NCBI RefSeq assembly: GCF_018977255.1
Contig: NW_024704742.1
Span: forward strand, 105,030,001-105,094,000
Source: Callorhinchus milii
Taxonomy: Eukaryota
Length of the DNA: 64,000 nt
Direction: 5' to 3'
Shown here: positions 1 through 12,600 of the stretch, in pieces
How the letters are laid out: every line of letters begins with the position of its first letter
How positions within the stretch are numbered: position 1 is the stretch's first letter
Translations under genes and position numbers: made by a program
The notes under the pieces: generated by a model
Databases searched by the model: none
What the model was told of the DNA's origin: nothing
The model's input: the letters and a program-made list of their open reading frames with translations, nothing else

Positions 1-295
1 AAGATATTTTGATAATAGAAACATAGGAATGTACAGGATTTGAAAAGATCTTTGTAACGCATTTGGCTGGCCCCAAAGTAAAATTGGGTTTACTGATCTG
101 CCTCTCACTGCCTTCAATCTTTACCAAATAGCTATCCTAATTCCTTCTTGAATTTGCTGGCGCCATCTGCCTCCACTACCTCTCTGGATTGTCCACACCA
201 CATATTCACCAATTGCTCATGAACACAGAATAATTAAAGGAGGTCTGAACATCAAGATTCTGTTTAAACATCAAACTCTTACCAATGGTTATTGT

Positions 296-654
296 GGAAT
301 CCTGTAGCTCAGTGGTTAGAGCACTTGCTTTGCAAGTGAGAGAGCCTGGCTTTGCTTCCCGGGCAGGGCAAAATGTTGGGCAAGTTTCCTTACTCCACAC
401 ACTTCTGTTTACCTAGCAGTAAGTAGGAACCCGGTTGTTAGTTGATTGGCAGATTGCTTTTCCGGGGTAATGATACTTTTTAAAAAAATACGGTCACTCA
501 ACCATGACTGTTTGTGGGACACTGCTGTGTGCAATTGGCTGCCGCGTTTTGCCCACAAAATATACAGTCAATTCACTTTACAGTACATTCTGTGAAGCGC
601 TTTGAGATGTCTCGAAGACATAATAAGGCGCTATATCAAATGCAAGATTATTAT
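296..654 (+). mobile_element. tRNA-derived SINE, full length, long subfamily
   Basis: tRNA-like head with A box (TAGCTCAGTGGTTAGAGC) and degenerate B box, internal TGTTTACCTAGCAGTAAGTAGGAACCCGG segment, shared body TGTTTGTGGGACACTGCTGTG, LINE-like tail ending in TTA repeats; near copy at 34391. Confidence 0.9.
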
Positions 655-1367
655 GGTAAACATCTTTCTGATCTTTTTTTTTATTTCTAAAATATTTAGA
701 GTGTTTCAAAATGACTGTTAGGACGCTGGATTAATATTGAGAGTCATAAAAACAATGATGCTCTTTCTGTTATTTTGCCTCCCTCACACTGCAGGCCTCA
801 ATAAGTCTTCCATGTCAGCACTCGATGTGCCATCAGCCATCACTGTTTAAGCAAACTTATACAAGAACATGACTGATATGAATAAAATAAAAGCATATTA
901 ATCATTAATTTTGCAAAGGATTTTTTTTTAAAGAAGGATTGTGATGGTGAGATTTTCATTTCATTGTGTGACTTCAATATACAATATTGTGTTCCACTGT
1001 TCTGATGCTGAACTTACTGCGTTTCATTTTTGAGTGGTTTGTTTGTTAAAAAAAATGCATCAATAATTCTTGCTCATTACAGGAACAGCTCAAACCCTTT
1101 CATTTGCTTCTTTGATGCGTGCTGCATTTTTCATATGCTCCAACTTATCTCATAATTAGGAATTTTGGTGATAATTCAAATAGGCCATAAGCTTGGGTTG
1201 CAAATGTTGTCACTTTTGTTGTGATAAACATGCTCACTGGCTTTACACAGATATAAATTGTGCTTCTTCATAGACCTGAATTGACTGGAATTAAAATTTA
1301 CATAGTTCACATTCCCCATGCAATTATGAGATAAGTAGGAGCATATGGAAGATGCAATACCTACAAA

Positions 1368-2112
1368 CTACAACTGATTCAGAATTTTGCTGCCTGAATT
1401 CTCACCCACACTAAACTCCGTAGCCCCATCACAACAGTGCTCGCCAGGCTCCACTGGCTCCCTATGACAGTGTTGATTGATTTCAAGATCCTCTTGCTCA
1501 TCTGCAAATTCCTTCATGCCCTGGCACTTCCCTACCTTTCTGACCTGCTTTCTCCCCACTCCACTACCCACTGCCTCTGCTCGGCTGGCTATGGCCTACT
1601 ATTTGTCCCTCATCCTCTCTGCTCCCCCATTGGGTGCCGTGCTCTCAGCCACTACACCCCAAAGCTCTGGAAATCCCTCTTTCCCCTCTTTTAATAATAA
1701 TAATCCCTCCAAAACAACAAAAAATAATAAATTGGTCATTTTCAATCGAAGACTGTTTGTGGGACACTGCTGTGCGCAATTGGCTGCCGCGTTTCGCCCA
1801 CAAATATGCAGTCAATTCACTTGACAGTGTGTTCTGTGAAGCGCTTTGGGACGTCCTCCCGACGTGAAAAGCGCTATATCAAATGCGAGGATTATTATTA
1901 TTATTATTCTGTGAAGTGCTTTGAGACGTCTAGAAGACGTGAAAGTGCTATATCAAATTCAAGGGTTATTATTATATTATTATTTTAGATCACAACTGAA
2001 GACCTTCCTCTTAAACCAATGCTTAATGGTCAACAGGCTCCGCCAATGTTAAGCGCTCCGAGACACTGACGCCCCTGAAGTGCGCTTTATAAATGCAAGT
2101 TGTTATTGTTTT
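1368..2112 (+). mobile_element. Old L2 LINE 3' fragment interrupted by SINE pieces
   Basis: ORF 1437-1694 LARLHWLP...FKILLL...ALPYLSDLL is typical of L2 ORF2 C-terminus; resumes ~1993 and ends in AAATGCAAGTTGTTATTGTT. Confidence 0.75.
1693..1985 (+). mobile_element. 5'-truncated SINE (1693-1907) followed by a second SINE tail (1906-1985)
   Basis: Starts at TAATAATAATCC, matches the SINE body, ends (TTA)n; a second CTGTGAAG...GACGTGAAA...TATATCAAAT tail follows directly. Confidence 0.88.
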
Positions 2113-3095
2113 TTGTGGTCCTGATATCCATCTGACAACACCATCATATGTCCCATGTAAGTGTGAATGTGAAAGCTTCCCCTACGTGTCCCATATTGTT
2201 AAGTGAACTAACAATTGCTTTTCTCCAGAGGAGTTTTCATACTCCACTGGAGAATTCCATTGGCAGAGATGAACATTAAAATGATGGATAAGGAAAAGCT
2301 TTCAATTTATTGCCTTGAACCCAGTTTATATTTCCAGCTCTAGGATTTCTTTTCATTCTATATATCATATGGACATCAATTCATTTTTTATCAATGCTGG
2401 CACATGGCCTTGGCGCTTACCACATAAATTACACTTTCTACTGCTTTGTCTTGCAGACCTCACATGCTCACAGTGCCAATCCTAGTCACTGAGCCTTCAC
2501 AGTGCCAATGTAAGTCCACAATACACAGTATCACTACACTCACAGTATATCTTGCCAAGCACATTTAGAAATCCTCCAGGTGTGCAAGGTATTCTGCCAA
2601 ATGATTATTATGTTATTATTATATACCACTGACACGTACAGTGCCAATACACGTCACTGGATATAAAATATTTGGTTTGTAGAGTTGGGAATGCTTGAGA
2701 TTGTGTAAGTTTCCTCCTTAAAATGGAATAGTGGGATTCAGAGATGGAGGCAGCTGCAGTACTGTATCAGATGAAACAGCTGAGCTTTGCTTCTGTAACA
2801 TTTGAGTGGATTTATTTCTGATCTACATCAAATGATAGTTTGAATCCCTGACTATTTAGAATGGTATTGTGCTGAGCTTTTGCTTACCATCAATGTATGA
2901 GGTCTGAAATGAAAAGTGATGGCATGGGTTCCATACTCATGAAAAATATTTCCTCACTTTACACACCACACATGAGTTAGAACATAGGGCCTTGTTGAAC
3001 ATGCTAGATTTGGATGTAAGTTACTCAACTTCATGTTGGTATGGACAGTTTTATATGACATTGGTGTTTCCACTAGGATAGCAAGAGTATACATG

Positions 3096-3121
3096 ATATA
3101 TATATATATATATATATATAT
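3096..3121. repeat. (AT)n microsatellite
   Basis: Perfect AT dinucleotide run of about 13 units. Confidence 0.95.
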
Positions 3122-3969
3122 TTAGCAACATCTAAGCTGAGACAGCAGATGTGTGAATTCAGATAAGACCAGTTCCAGGAAGTGAATTTATTACATGACT
3201 GGAGTCCTAGCCTCAGATGTTTTTCTTTGCAAACCTCAGCTTCTATAGCAAATCATGTGAAACCTACGCTAAGATTTCATAGCAATCAATCAGACATTTA
3301 ATGCAATTCCTAAGTGTATTTTCATTTTGAGAACAAAAAGAATCACTCCCAGACACCCTTCTGCTTTGGCGTCAAAATCAATCTTCTAGTGCCTTCTGTA
3401 GGGCAGTGTAGAAATGGTGGTATCAATACATTGGGCTCAGATGAACGACTGCCTCTGTTGTTAAAAGGATGATAGTCACTGACTAGCTCTTCCTGTTGCA
3501 GGTTCCAATCACGAGTCAATCTGATTAAATTGCACCAAAGAAAGCCTTTTAGCTGGCTGGCGCTGAACATCTTATTTCAGTAATGTAGCAGCAGTACAAA
3601 GGTAAAGTGAATAAGACTCACAATAAAATAATTTTCCACTTCACCAAGTCCTGTGAGGCTCTGAATGTCCAGTGAACAAAACAATACGAGGGCTTCATTC
3701 ACCAATACCTGGTGCACAGACATGCTCGAGTTATGAGTTATTTTCATGATTGTTCACCATATCGTCAGCTGACAGGACAAGAGTGTTGCAGATATGGACA
3801 CATTATCTAAAGGAACCAAATAATTTGGTTAACACTTCATTTTGATCCACATATTCTGAGGCCCAAGTGCCTTATACAGAACACATGTGTCCCGATGTGC
3901 CTCATTCACACTCACAGAGATGTGCACTGTCCTTGGTTATTAAGCTAGTGTTCAGATTGGGGTATTGTG

Positions 3970-4178
3970 AATAATTCCTCCAAAACAAAACAATAATAAA
4001 TTGGTAATTTTCAATCCACGACTGTTTGTGGGACACTGCTGTGCGTAATTGTCTGCCGCGTTTCGCCCACAAATATACAGTCAATTCACTTTACTGCATA
4101 TTCTGTGAAGCACTTTGAGACGTCTAGAAGACGTGAAAAGCGCTATATCAAATGGAAGGATTATTATTACTATTATTA
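3970..4178 (+). mobile_element. 5'-truncated SINE
   Basis: Same body and (TTA)n tail as the other SINE copies; starts at the internal AATAATTCC motif. Confidence 0.88.
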
Positions 4179-5940
4179 TAAATCACTTGGTGCCATACTC
4201 CAATCTAAAGTCAATGTTGAAGATCGTCAGTGTTCCTTTCATACAACAGAATTGGAAAGCAATTCCATCCAGAAACAGACTAACAAGGTCAGGAATTCTA
4301 TGCCATTAATAAACTCACCAGGGAAAAACTAACAGACTGCATTAACCTCAAAATGTTTTCTTTAAAAACATTTTGACAAAGGAATTTCTTTGCACTTTCA
4401 GCTTTCACTACTACAGGAGAGAGTACAGTCCAAAAGAACAGAGGAGAGAAAAATAGGAGGGAGGAAAAGAGGAGTTCTGCAGGGTCATCTCATATTATCA
4501 AGTTCCTAGGTCTGCAGCTCTGGACGAGAGCTGTAACCTATAAGAGGGAGGAAAAGAAGGAAGTTGGCTGGTGTACAACCCTAGTGTAAGGAGGGAGGTA
4601 GCCGGTGTACAACTCTCTGCTCCTTCAAGGGTCAGGTGTGGGCTGCCGAACGCACCTGGCTCAAGTCCACCGGCAGATCTGGCTGGACCACATCAAAACT
4701 CTCACCTCCACCAAATCATTCTTCTAGTCCAAGATAATCCTATTTTCCATCACCAACTGGCTCCTCCGTCCACCCTCCCATGCCTCGCTCATTCTCTTCT
4801 CAAGCTCTGACTGAGGAGATACTGGATTTCTTCGAGTCCAAAATCGATGGGATCCCTTCAGCTGCCTCCGCCCTCCCAACCGACACTCCCTCCCCATCTC
4901 CCTCCTCCACCCCACACTCTGACCACAACCCATCCCTCCCTCCTCCCTTCAAATCTGTCTCCCCCTCCTCTCTCATCACCACCAAATCCAGCATGAAACA
5001 CACCACCCGCTCTCTCGACTCCATCCCTACCTCTCTCCTTACCTCCCAGCTCCACCTCCTTGTCCCTCTGCTCTCCAACACCATCAATCTCCCCCTATCA
5101 CCTGGCACTGTTCCCATCCCCCTAAAAACAGCTGCAATCACTCCCATCCTGAAAAAAACCTTCCCTGGACCCACCCCTGCTTTTTAACTACTGGCCCATC
5201 TCCAACCTCCCTTTTCTTTCGAAGTTCCTTGAAAGAGTCGTTGCTTCCCAGCTTTGCTCATTCCTCTCCTACCACTCCCTTCATGAGCTCCTTCAATCAG
5301 GTTTCCATGCTGCTCACAGAACAGAAACTGCTCTGGTCAAGGTGGCAAATAACATTTTGTCCATCTGTGACCAGGGCTCCCTTTGCCTCCTTGCCCTCTC
5401 TGCTACTTTCAATACCGTGGGACCACTCCATCCTCCTCCACCGGCTCTCCTCTCACCTCAACCTTCAAGGTTCTGTCCTTGAATGGTTCAGGCCGTATCT
5501 CTCATACCGTCTCCAATTTGTCTCCGCCAACAGTTTCTCTTCCAGCTCCCAAATAGTCTCGCTCAGTGTTCCTCAGGTCTCTGTCCTCAGTCCCCTCCTC
5601 TTCAACCTCTACACGCTCCTCCTTGGTGACATCATCCACAGGGGTCAACTTCCACATGTATGCAGATGACACCCAACTCTATCTCTTTGCCTCCACCCTC
5701 GATTCCAGGACAACTCACGTCCTGCAGACTGCCTGTCTCACATCAAATCCTGGATAAGAGCCAACTTTCTACAGCTGAATGTCAGCAAGACTGAGGCTCT
5801 TCTGATTGACTCGCACCCACCCGCGCCTCCGCACCTCAGGCACTGGCAGCATCAGAATCCACGATTGCATACTCCACCTCACTAAGTCAGTTAGAAACCC
5901 GGACATCTTGTTCGACCCTCAACTATCCTTTCTCCCCCAT

Positions 5941-6819
5941 AGTAAACAGTGAGGAGGATAGTAACAGCCATAGACAGACTGGTAAAATGGGTAGACATGT
6001 GGCAAATGAAGTTTAATGTGGAGAAATGCGAAGTGATGTATTTTGGGAGGAAGAATGAGGAGAGGCAATATAAGCTGATGGTACAATCTTAAAGGGGGTG
6101 AAGGAACAGAGATAACTGGGGTTCATATAAGTAAATCTTTGAAGGTGGACGGACAGGTAGGTAAAGCTGTTAAAAAGCATCCGGGATACTAGGCTTTATA
6201 AATAGGGCTATAGAATATAAAAGTCAGGAAGTTATGATAAATCTTTATAAAACACTGGTTAGGCCTCAGCTACAGTACTGTGTTCAGTTCTGGGCACCAC
6301 ACTTTAGGAAGGATGTCAAGGCATTGGAAAGGGAGCAAAGGAGATTTACCAGGATGGTACCAGGAATGAGGGACTCCAGTTATCAGGAGAGGAGAGAGAA
6401 GCGAGGATTATTCTCTTTGGAGCAGAGAAGGTAACGAGGAGACTTAGTAGAAGTTTTCAAATTGTGAGGGAATTTGATAGGGTGAACACGGAGCAACTAT
6501 TTCCACTGGTGGGTGGGACGGTAACCCGAGGACACCGTTTTAAAATCATTGTTGAAAGAAACAGAGGGGAGGTGAGGAGAATTTTTTTCACACAGCGAGT
6601 TGTTTAGATCTAGAATGCATTGCCTGGAAGGGTGGTGGAAGCTGATTCGATGACAACTTTTAAGAGAGTAGATAATTATTTGGGAAGGACAAGTTTGCAG
6701 GGCTATGGGGAGAGAGCGATGGAGTGGGATTGATTGGACGGCTCTTTTCAAAGAGCCGGCACAGACACAATGGGCCGAATGGCCTCCTTCTGTACGGTAT
6801 AATTTTATGATTCTATGAT
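5941..6819 (+). mobile_element. CR1 LINE 3' fragment nested in L2
   Basis: ORF 6234-6434 LYKTLVRPQLQYCVQFWAPHFRKDVKALER..RRFTRM is the CR1 ORF2 C-terminus; ends GGGCCGAATGGCCTCCTTCTG...TATGATTCTATGA, a CR1-type tail. Confidence 0.92.
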
Positions 6820-7164
6820 ATTCGTGTCATGACCTGCTCTGCCTCTCCCCAACTATGCAACATTGCCCGACACCACCACTGCCTCACCCCAGGCTGCTGA
6901 AACCCTTATACACGCATTCGTCACCTCAAGGCTCGACAACGGAAACTGCAGCTCATACCCTCTCCCACATCAGGCTCTGTGACCCTATCACCCCCACCCT
7001 TGTCCGGCTTTACCGGCTCCCCATCCCTCAGAGGAATTTAATATCCTCGTCCTCACTTTCAAGGCCCTCCACGGCCTTGCTCCCTCTTACATCTCTGACC
7101 AGCTGGCCACTTAATACCTTGTCCACTCCCTCCGCTCAGCAGGCTCCAGCCTGCTCCAGATTTC

Positions 7165-7936
7165 AACAACAACAACTTGGATTTATATAGTGCTCTCCAT
7201 ACCAGATGGTGTCTCAGTGTGCTTCAGAGTAACGGATACTGAGACCGAGCCAGGGGGAGGGGGAGGAAGGTGACCAAAGGGGCGGTCGAAAAAAGAGGTC
7301 TTCAGCAGAGACCTGAAAATAGGAAGAGATGGGGCGAGGCGAAGGGAGTGAGGAAGGGAGTTCCAGAGCCTCGGGGCATAGTGGCTGAAGGCACGGCCGC
7401 CGAGGTTTGGAGCGGAGGACGAGGAGGAGCCCAGACCCGGAGGAACAAAGGCAACGGGTACTGATTTAAGGAGAGAGGAGGTCAGAGAGGTAGGGGGGTG
7501 CAGAGGAATGCAGGGACTTGAATACAAGGGTGAGGATCTTGAAATCGATCCTCTCTGGGACAGGCAACCAGTGCAGTCTGGCAAGGACTGGGGTGATCGG
7601 GGAACGAAGTTTCGTGCGGGTGAGAATGCGGGCGGCAGAGTTTTGAATGATTTGGATTTTATGGATGGGAGACCGGCGAGGAGGGCGTTGGAGTAGTCCA
7701 GCCGAGAGGTGACAAAGGCATGGACCAGGGTTTCAGTGGCTTTTGGGGAGAGGTATTGGCGGAGACGGGCGATGCGTCGGGAGGTGGAAGAAAGATGTGC
7801 TGGTGAGGGACCGGATGTGGGAAGGATAATTGGGGGGTCGAACTGACGCCTAAGTTGTGTACAGGTTCAGAGCGTTTCAGGGGGAGGTCGGGTAGGTGGA
7901 GGAGGTGAGAACCGTGAGATTTTAGACATTTAGACG
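7165..7936 (-). mobile_element. L2 LINE (family B) 5'-truncated copy nested in family A L2, with TSD
   Basis: (CAA)n tail at 7164-7176, high similarity to 31017-31790, flanked by AGATTTC at 7158-7164 and 7937-7943. Confidence 0.9.
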
Positions 7937-8319
7937 AGATTTCCTGCCCAATCCACCCTACCATCAGCGGCTGGGCTTTCAGCCTCTGCTCCCACTCTTC
8001 GGAACTTCATCCCACAATCCCTTCACCTTGCTCTCTCTCTTGCCTCCTACAAGGCATGCCTCAAGAACCATGCCTTCAGCCACCCTCCTCGCCCCTCTGC
8101 CCTCCCTCATCCCAACCCTGTCCCTACCCTCAGGTCCTGATCCCTAACTATGAAGTGCCTTGGAACGTCCTCCCGACGTGAAAGGTGCTTTACAAATGTA
8201 ATTTTGTTGTTGTTTTAGTTTCCTATTGCCCATTTCAGTGTTCAGTACTGAACTCTGCCTTTTGCAATTGCCTATTCCTACCAGTCATAGTGGCTTTTGA
8301 AATGGTGTGATTTTACAGC

Positions 8320-8710
8320 CTGGTCCTGAAGGTTGTGGGTTCAACCCCCATGTCCAGACTTTGAACTCACAATGTCAAGGCTGACATACCAACAAAGTGC
8401 TGAGTGTGTGCAGCATTGTTGGAGGAGCTTTCCTTCAGATAAGACATTAAACTGAGGCCCCACCTACCTGTTCTGGATCCCATGATTATTTGAATAATCT
8501 CGGTATCTTGGCCAGCAATGCCTCAAATAAAATGGGTCATTCACTCCATGGCTGGTTTTGAGACATTACTGTCCACAGTACAAAATACCCAGTCTGCCTA
8601 CAAAAATACAGTCACTACATTTTACAGTATATCCTGCGAAGTACTTTGAGACACCTTGAAGACGTGATACTGCGCTATATCAAATGGAAAGGTTATTATT
8701 ATTATTATTT
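8320..8710 (+). mobile_element. Older Deu-domain-like SINE
   Basis: GGTTGTGGGTTCAACCCC B-box-like head, CTTTCC..AGATAAGACATTAAACTGAGGCCCC core resembling the DeuSINE domain, same LINE-type tail with (TTA)n. Confidence 0.65.
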
Positions 8711-11700
8711 TCGCTTGTTGTTACATAGAACCCCAATCCTAAATTGAATGCAAATTCATGTTCTGGATGTTAAAAAAATCTTCAAAAGATATTTCTCAAT
8801 TTCAGACTGTACTACTGCTTGTTTGTGTTGCTTAAATAATTTAAGTAAAGATTTCCAGCAGCATCTGAAGACCCTACTTTCTTCCCATAATCAGTCAGAA
8901 TTATTGTCAATATTAGAGTGTTTTGCTCTCAGCACGCTCACCGTGACAGTCACAGCAGATCTCTGCAAAAGAGGGTTTCACGTCATCATCGTACCTCAAT
9001 AATTAGGCAGAACTGCCCAGAAGTGAAAGGCACACAGGTAACACCACAAACAGTTCACAAATTATTAAAATCCTTCAATCACAGAACTTTTTTTTAGGAA
9101 CATTCTGAAATTCCCGTTAGGAACTATCTAAGCTCGTTTATTTTGGGATGAGGTATCTCTCTTTGAAACAGAGGGCAGAGTATCACTAGGTGGTGTCGTG
9201 CCAGCTCACCCAAAGCCTGCCAGAATCCAGTGTTTTCGATTTTCTAAGCAGGAGGATCAAATTGCTGGAGCCGTCAGAAGTTCATTTGGCTCTGTTGAAC
9301 TTTCAACGTGAGCAGAGAGGAACAGCAGTCCCAATATATTTGGTCAATTGAGTGACAGTGGTGAATATCAATCTCCATGCACCAGTAGCTAGAAGCTAAG
9401 ACGGCTGGTATTGAGCAGAGTTGCACAAGTTAATGATATCCTCTCGATATAGACAGTACAAAATGTTACCACAGAGAATATACCAGCTACAAAAAATCCT
9501 TAATTATTGTACCACCCGTAAAGAAATACCACTCCAATTCTGATCTGGACTTCGGGTTTAGCATTGTTTATACCACAAATAGTAACAAAATAATGAATCT
9601 CCTAAATACAGATGTCAATGCAACTGGAACTGTCAAGGCTGGAAATGTACTAAATGCAACTCTTCACGTCAACAAAATGTGAAAGGTTGCTATAATGATT
9701 CCATTTATTTTGAAGGCTGGCTTTATTTTTGTTATACTGTACTTGTTTTAATATAGTTTTCTTTTGGCATTATATACCCTGCGTGGAGGGCACTATATAA
9801 ATGCAAGTTGTTATATATTGAATTCTAGATTTTAAAACTGATAAGAGGTAGTAATTCAGTTTGATTATAACCTAACTTTTGTCCTTTCTTCTCTGGGGCC
9901 AAAGTTTGAACGCAGTCGAGGTGGAAGGGATAATTTAAGATAATTTAAAGGGATCCAATTCTTTTGCATTTGCCACTCACTATCCTTTTGGGAATCAGGT
10001 TAAAGCCATCTCAGCAGTATTACTTACTGGCACTGGATTATAGCATAAAATTGCCCATATAGACCAAACTACAACTTGATTTTTTAATAGCACCCTTCAT
10101 GCACAGTCGCATTTTGGAGTGTTGAACAGTAGCAGAGTATGATGCTGTGCTGGGGAGAAAGGGGAAGTGACTATAGTCTTGATTGAAGAAGAAAGTCTTG
10201 GTACGATTTGACCAACACTAAATTAAAATTGCACTCAAGGTTATAAAATGGCTTGTGTGGGATAAATGTGACTTTAAAACAAGTTGTTGTGGCAGAGATA
10301 AGGGAAGCTTTACTCTGCCTCTGATTGTTCTATTTATCCTGCAAGTGATTGATGCTGATATTGTACAGCAAGAATGGAAACACCATTGTGCTATGGACTA
10401 GTATTTTGCATAATACAATTTACATTTATATACTGGCTTTTACATCGGGTGGAGATCTCAGAGGGTTTGAAACTGCAGGAAAAGGCATTAGATCTAATCA
10501 GATATAACATAAAAAGTTAAACAAATCTTACATCACATCTCAAAGCCAATTTCACAGCAAGAGTTGAAGCAGGGATGACGATAACACACTGACAGTCCTT
10601 TCCGTTTATTAAGAGGTTACATTATAAATATCAACAGCAGACTTGTTAGTGGTATTTGGTCCATTACGACACTCATTACAGAAGCAGTTCAGGAACAAGT
10701 CTGCAATTCACAAGAGCACTGAATACAGAGATATGACAATGCATTAAACCAATTCATAATCCCTGTAAAAATCACTGTAGAAAAAAGTATAAATAAATAA
10801 ATGTTACAACAGAAGATGTGTTAAAAATTTACAAAAAGATACATTTTTTCGGTATGATATTCAAACAAAATTCCCCCAAAATGGACGCATCAGCTTTCGG
10901 TCTTGTGATTTTCGGCTTTTTTTTCCTGTTTTGGGGCAGAAATATTATACATGCTTAAAAGACTTTTTTTTAAAAAAGGGAGTATCTACTTTCAAAAGTA
11001 CACTTTGACCTTGAGAGAAATTTAAGGCATTTAAGAAAATCACAGTTCCAGTGTTGAAAATTTGCTTTTATACAGAAGCCTAACGTTGGAAAAGGTGCAT
11101 TTATAACATATATTCAGGATGTGGTGGATATGGCACAAAAGAACATCCTGCTGGTCCATATGAAATTCCCTACACAGTTCAGTTCCTCAACTGTTCATTA
11201 TGACTGGTATGGGTTATAGATTAACTGGCAAAAAGTACTACTTGTTAGTAGAAACATAACCTTTGAGCACACTGCAGAAAAGCAGAGCTTCAATTCCACT
11301 GTGTCCACATTAAACCACTGTTGTACTGAAATAGTGAACTAAAGATTCCAAAATATTCTACTTTTAGATACTTTCACACCATGATCAAGGCAAAGGATCA
11401 GTACTATTCCTTGTAGTGTGCTAAATACATCTGAGTCAATAGAATAATACCAGAGGAAAAACAGGAGGACTTGTGTCCACTACAAGTTGGATTGTAACAA
11501 TCCCTCTGTCTCACTTGTCTTACAGAAAATAGAGGAGAAGGTGGGGGTTTGCATCCCTTAAGTGTGAGCAAGAGTTCTAGTAAGGAAAGGACAGTGCCTT
11601 AACCCATCCATTCTTCCTTGTTTTTTTTTAAATGAACAATTTAGCAATATTAAGTGGCAGTAGTACACTATGATACTTACATGGCACAATGATATAGTAT

Positions 11701-12042
11701 AAGATAGTCAATACAATCCTACCCATTCTTTATTCTCCACTTTATATTCAACAATTCAACATAGAAACGTGTCTGTTTAACAGATTAAAGATCTAAATAA
11801 AACAGCGTGAAGGGAAAAAAACTAAAAGGGATGCCAATAACGACTAATACATATTTACGCATGCCTATAAAAATATACCATTAGCGGAATGGTCTTAAAG
11901 ACCATCTTTCTACGAAACCAATTAACATCTGGCTCATCTATTCATTATTAAGTTTTGCACTTTTAAAAAAAACACTTGTTCCATCCCAAAGGCAGCTGTC
12001 AAACACGTCTTACTACACTTAAATTTCATGGAGAAACTAACT

Positions 12043-12370
12043 GTATGGCAACCCCATTAGAACAGCTTCACTTATAGCGCAGTTGGGTTGGTTGTTTTCC
12101 CGAGGACCCAACCAAACTGGAAGGGGAAACACCCTAATCTGACCCTAACGGGCCGACTTCCTGCGATAAATAAAAGCCGATTTTGGCACATGCACAGGAA
12201 GCGCTGCTAAAGGACGTGATGTCAGCAGCACTAATCGTATGCACAGTATGTATGAAGTGACAATAACAACCTGATCACAAGGAAATCACACTTCTTTTTT
12301 GGACCTTGCTATAATGTGGCTGCTGAGGTATTGGACCCAGTTGACTGCTCTGTAACAGCTTCGCCCTGTA
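12043..12370. mobile_element. Possible degenerate Tc1/mariner (Tigger-like) MITE
   Basis: Ends ...GGACCCAGTTGACTGCTCTGTAACAGCTTCGCCCTGTA and begins TATGGCAACCCCATTAGAACAGC; weak TIR resemblance and higher GC than flanks. Pattern recognition only. Confidence 0.3.
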
Positions 12371-12506
12371 TACATCTATACCTGTGACAATACATACAAT
12401 TCAAAACAGTGACTGCTGAATAGTTCAGTGCAGATATTCAGTGATAGTGTGGCTTTATTGCAACTAAATAACTGAGTTGAGTCAAAATACATATTGTGGA
12501 CTTTGA

Positions 12507-12600
12507 ATCATAGAATTATGCAGCACAGAAGGAGGCCATTTGGCCCATCATGTCCGTGCCGGCTCTTTGAAAGAGCCGTCCAAATTAGTCCCACTCCTCC
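12507..12600 (-). mobile_element. CR1 3' tail fragment
   Basis: Reverse complement of the 6730-6819 CR1 end (ATCATAGAAT...GAAGGAGGCCATT.GGCCC...GCCGGCTCTTTGAAAGAGCC). Confidence 0.8.

Larger units (their letters stand above)
4690..8215 (+). mobile_element. L2 LINE (family A), degraded ORF2, split into three pieces by nested insertions
   Basis: RT remnants (LKTAAITPILKK; NFHMYADDTQLY at ~5650); pieces 4690-5940, 6820-7164 and 7937-8215 are colinear with the 46500 copy; tail GGAACGTCCTCCCGACGTGAAAGG...(TTG)n. Confidence 0.88.

Noticed and set aside
1634..1988. Recurrent small ORFs such as ...REKRYIKCKDYYYY and LFVGHCCAQLAAAF
   Set aside because: Translations of the SINE body and TTA tail, not a protein family.
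4400..4690. Purine-rich segment with short direct repeats (AGGGAGGAAAAGA, GGTGTACAAC) upstream of the L2
   Set aside because: Could be a repeat remnant, but I cannot assign it; no LTR or ORF evidence.
1..10000. A convergent neighbour gene (PJA2 lies next to FER in mammals)
   Set aside because: I could not recognise any RING-H2 or other coding exon in this interval.
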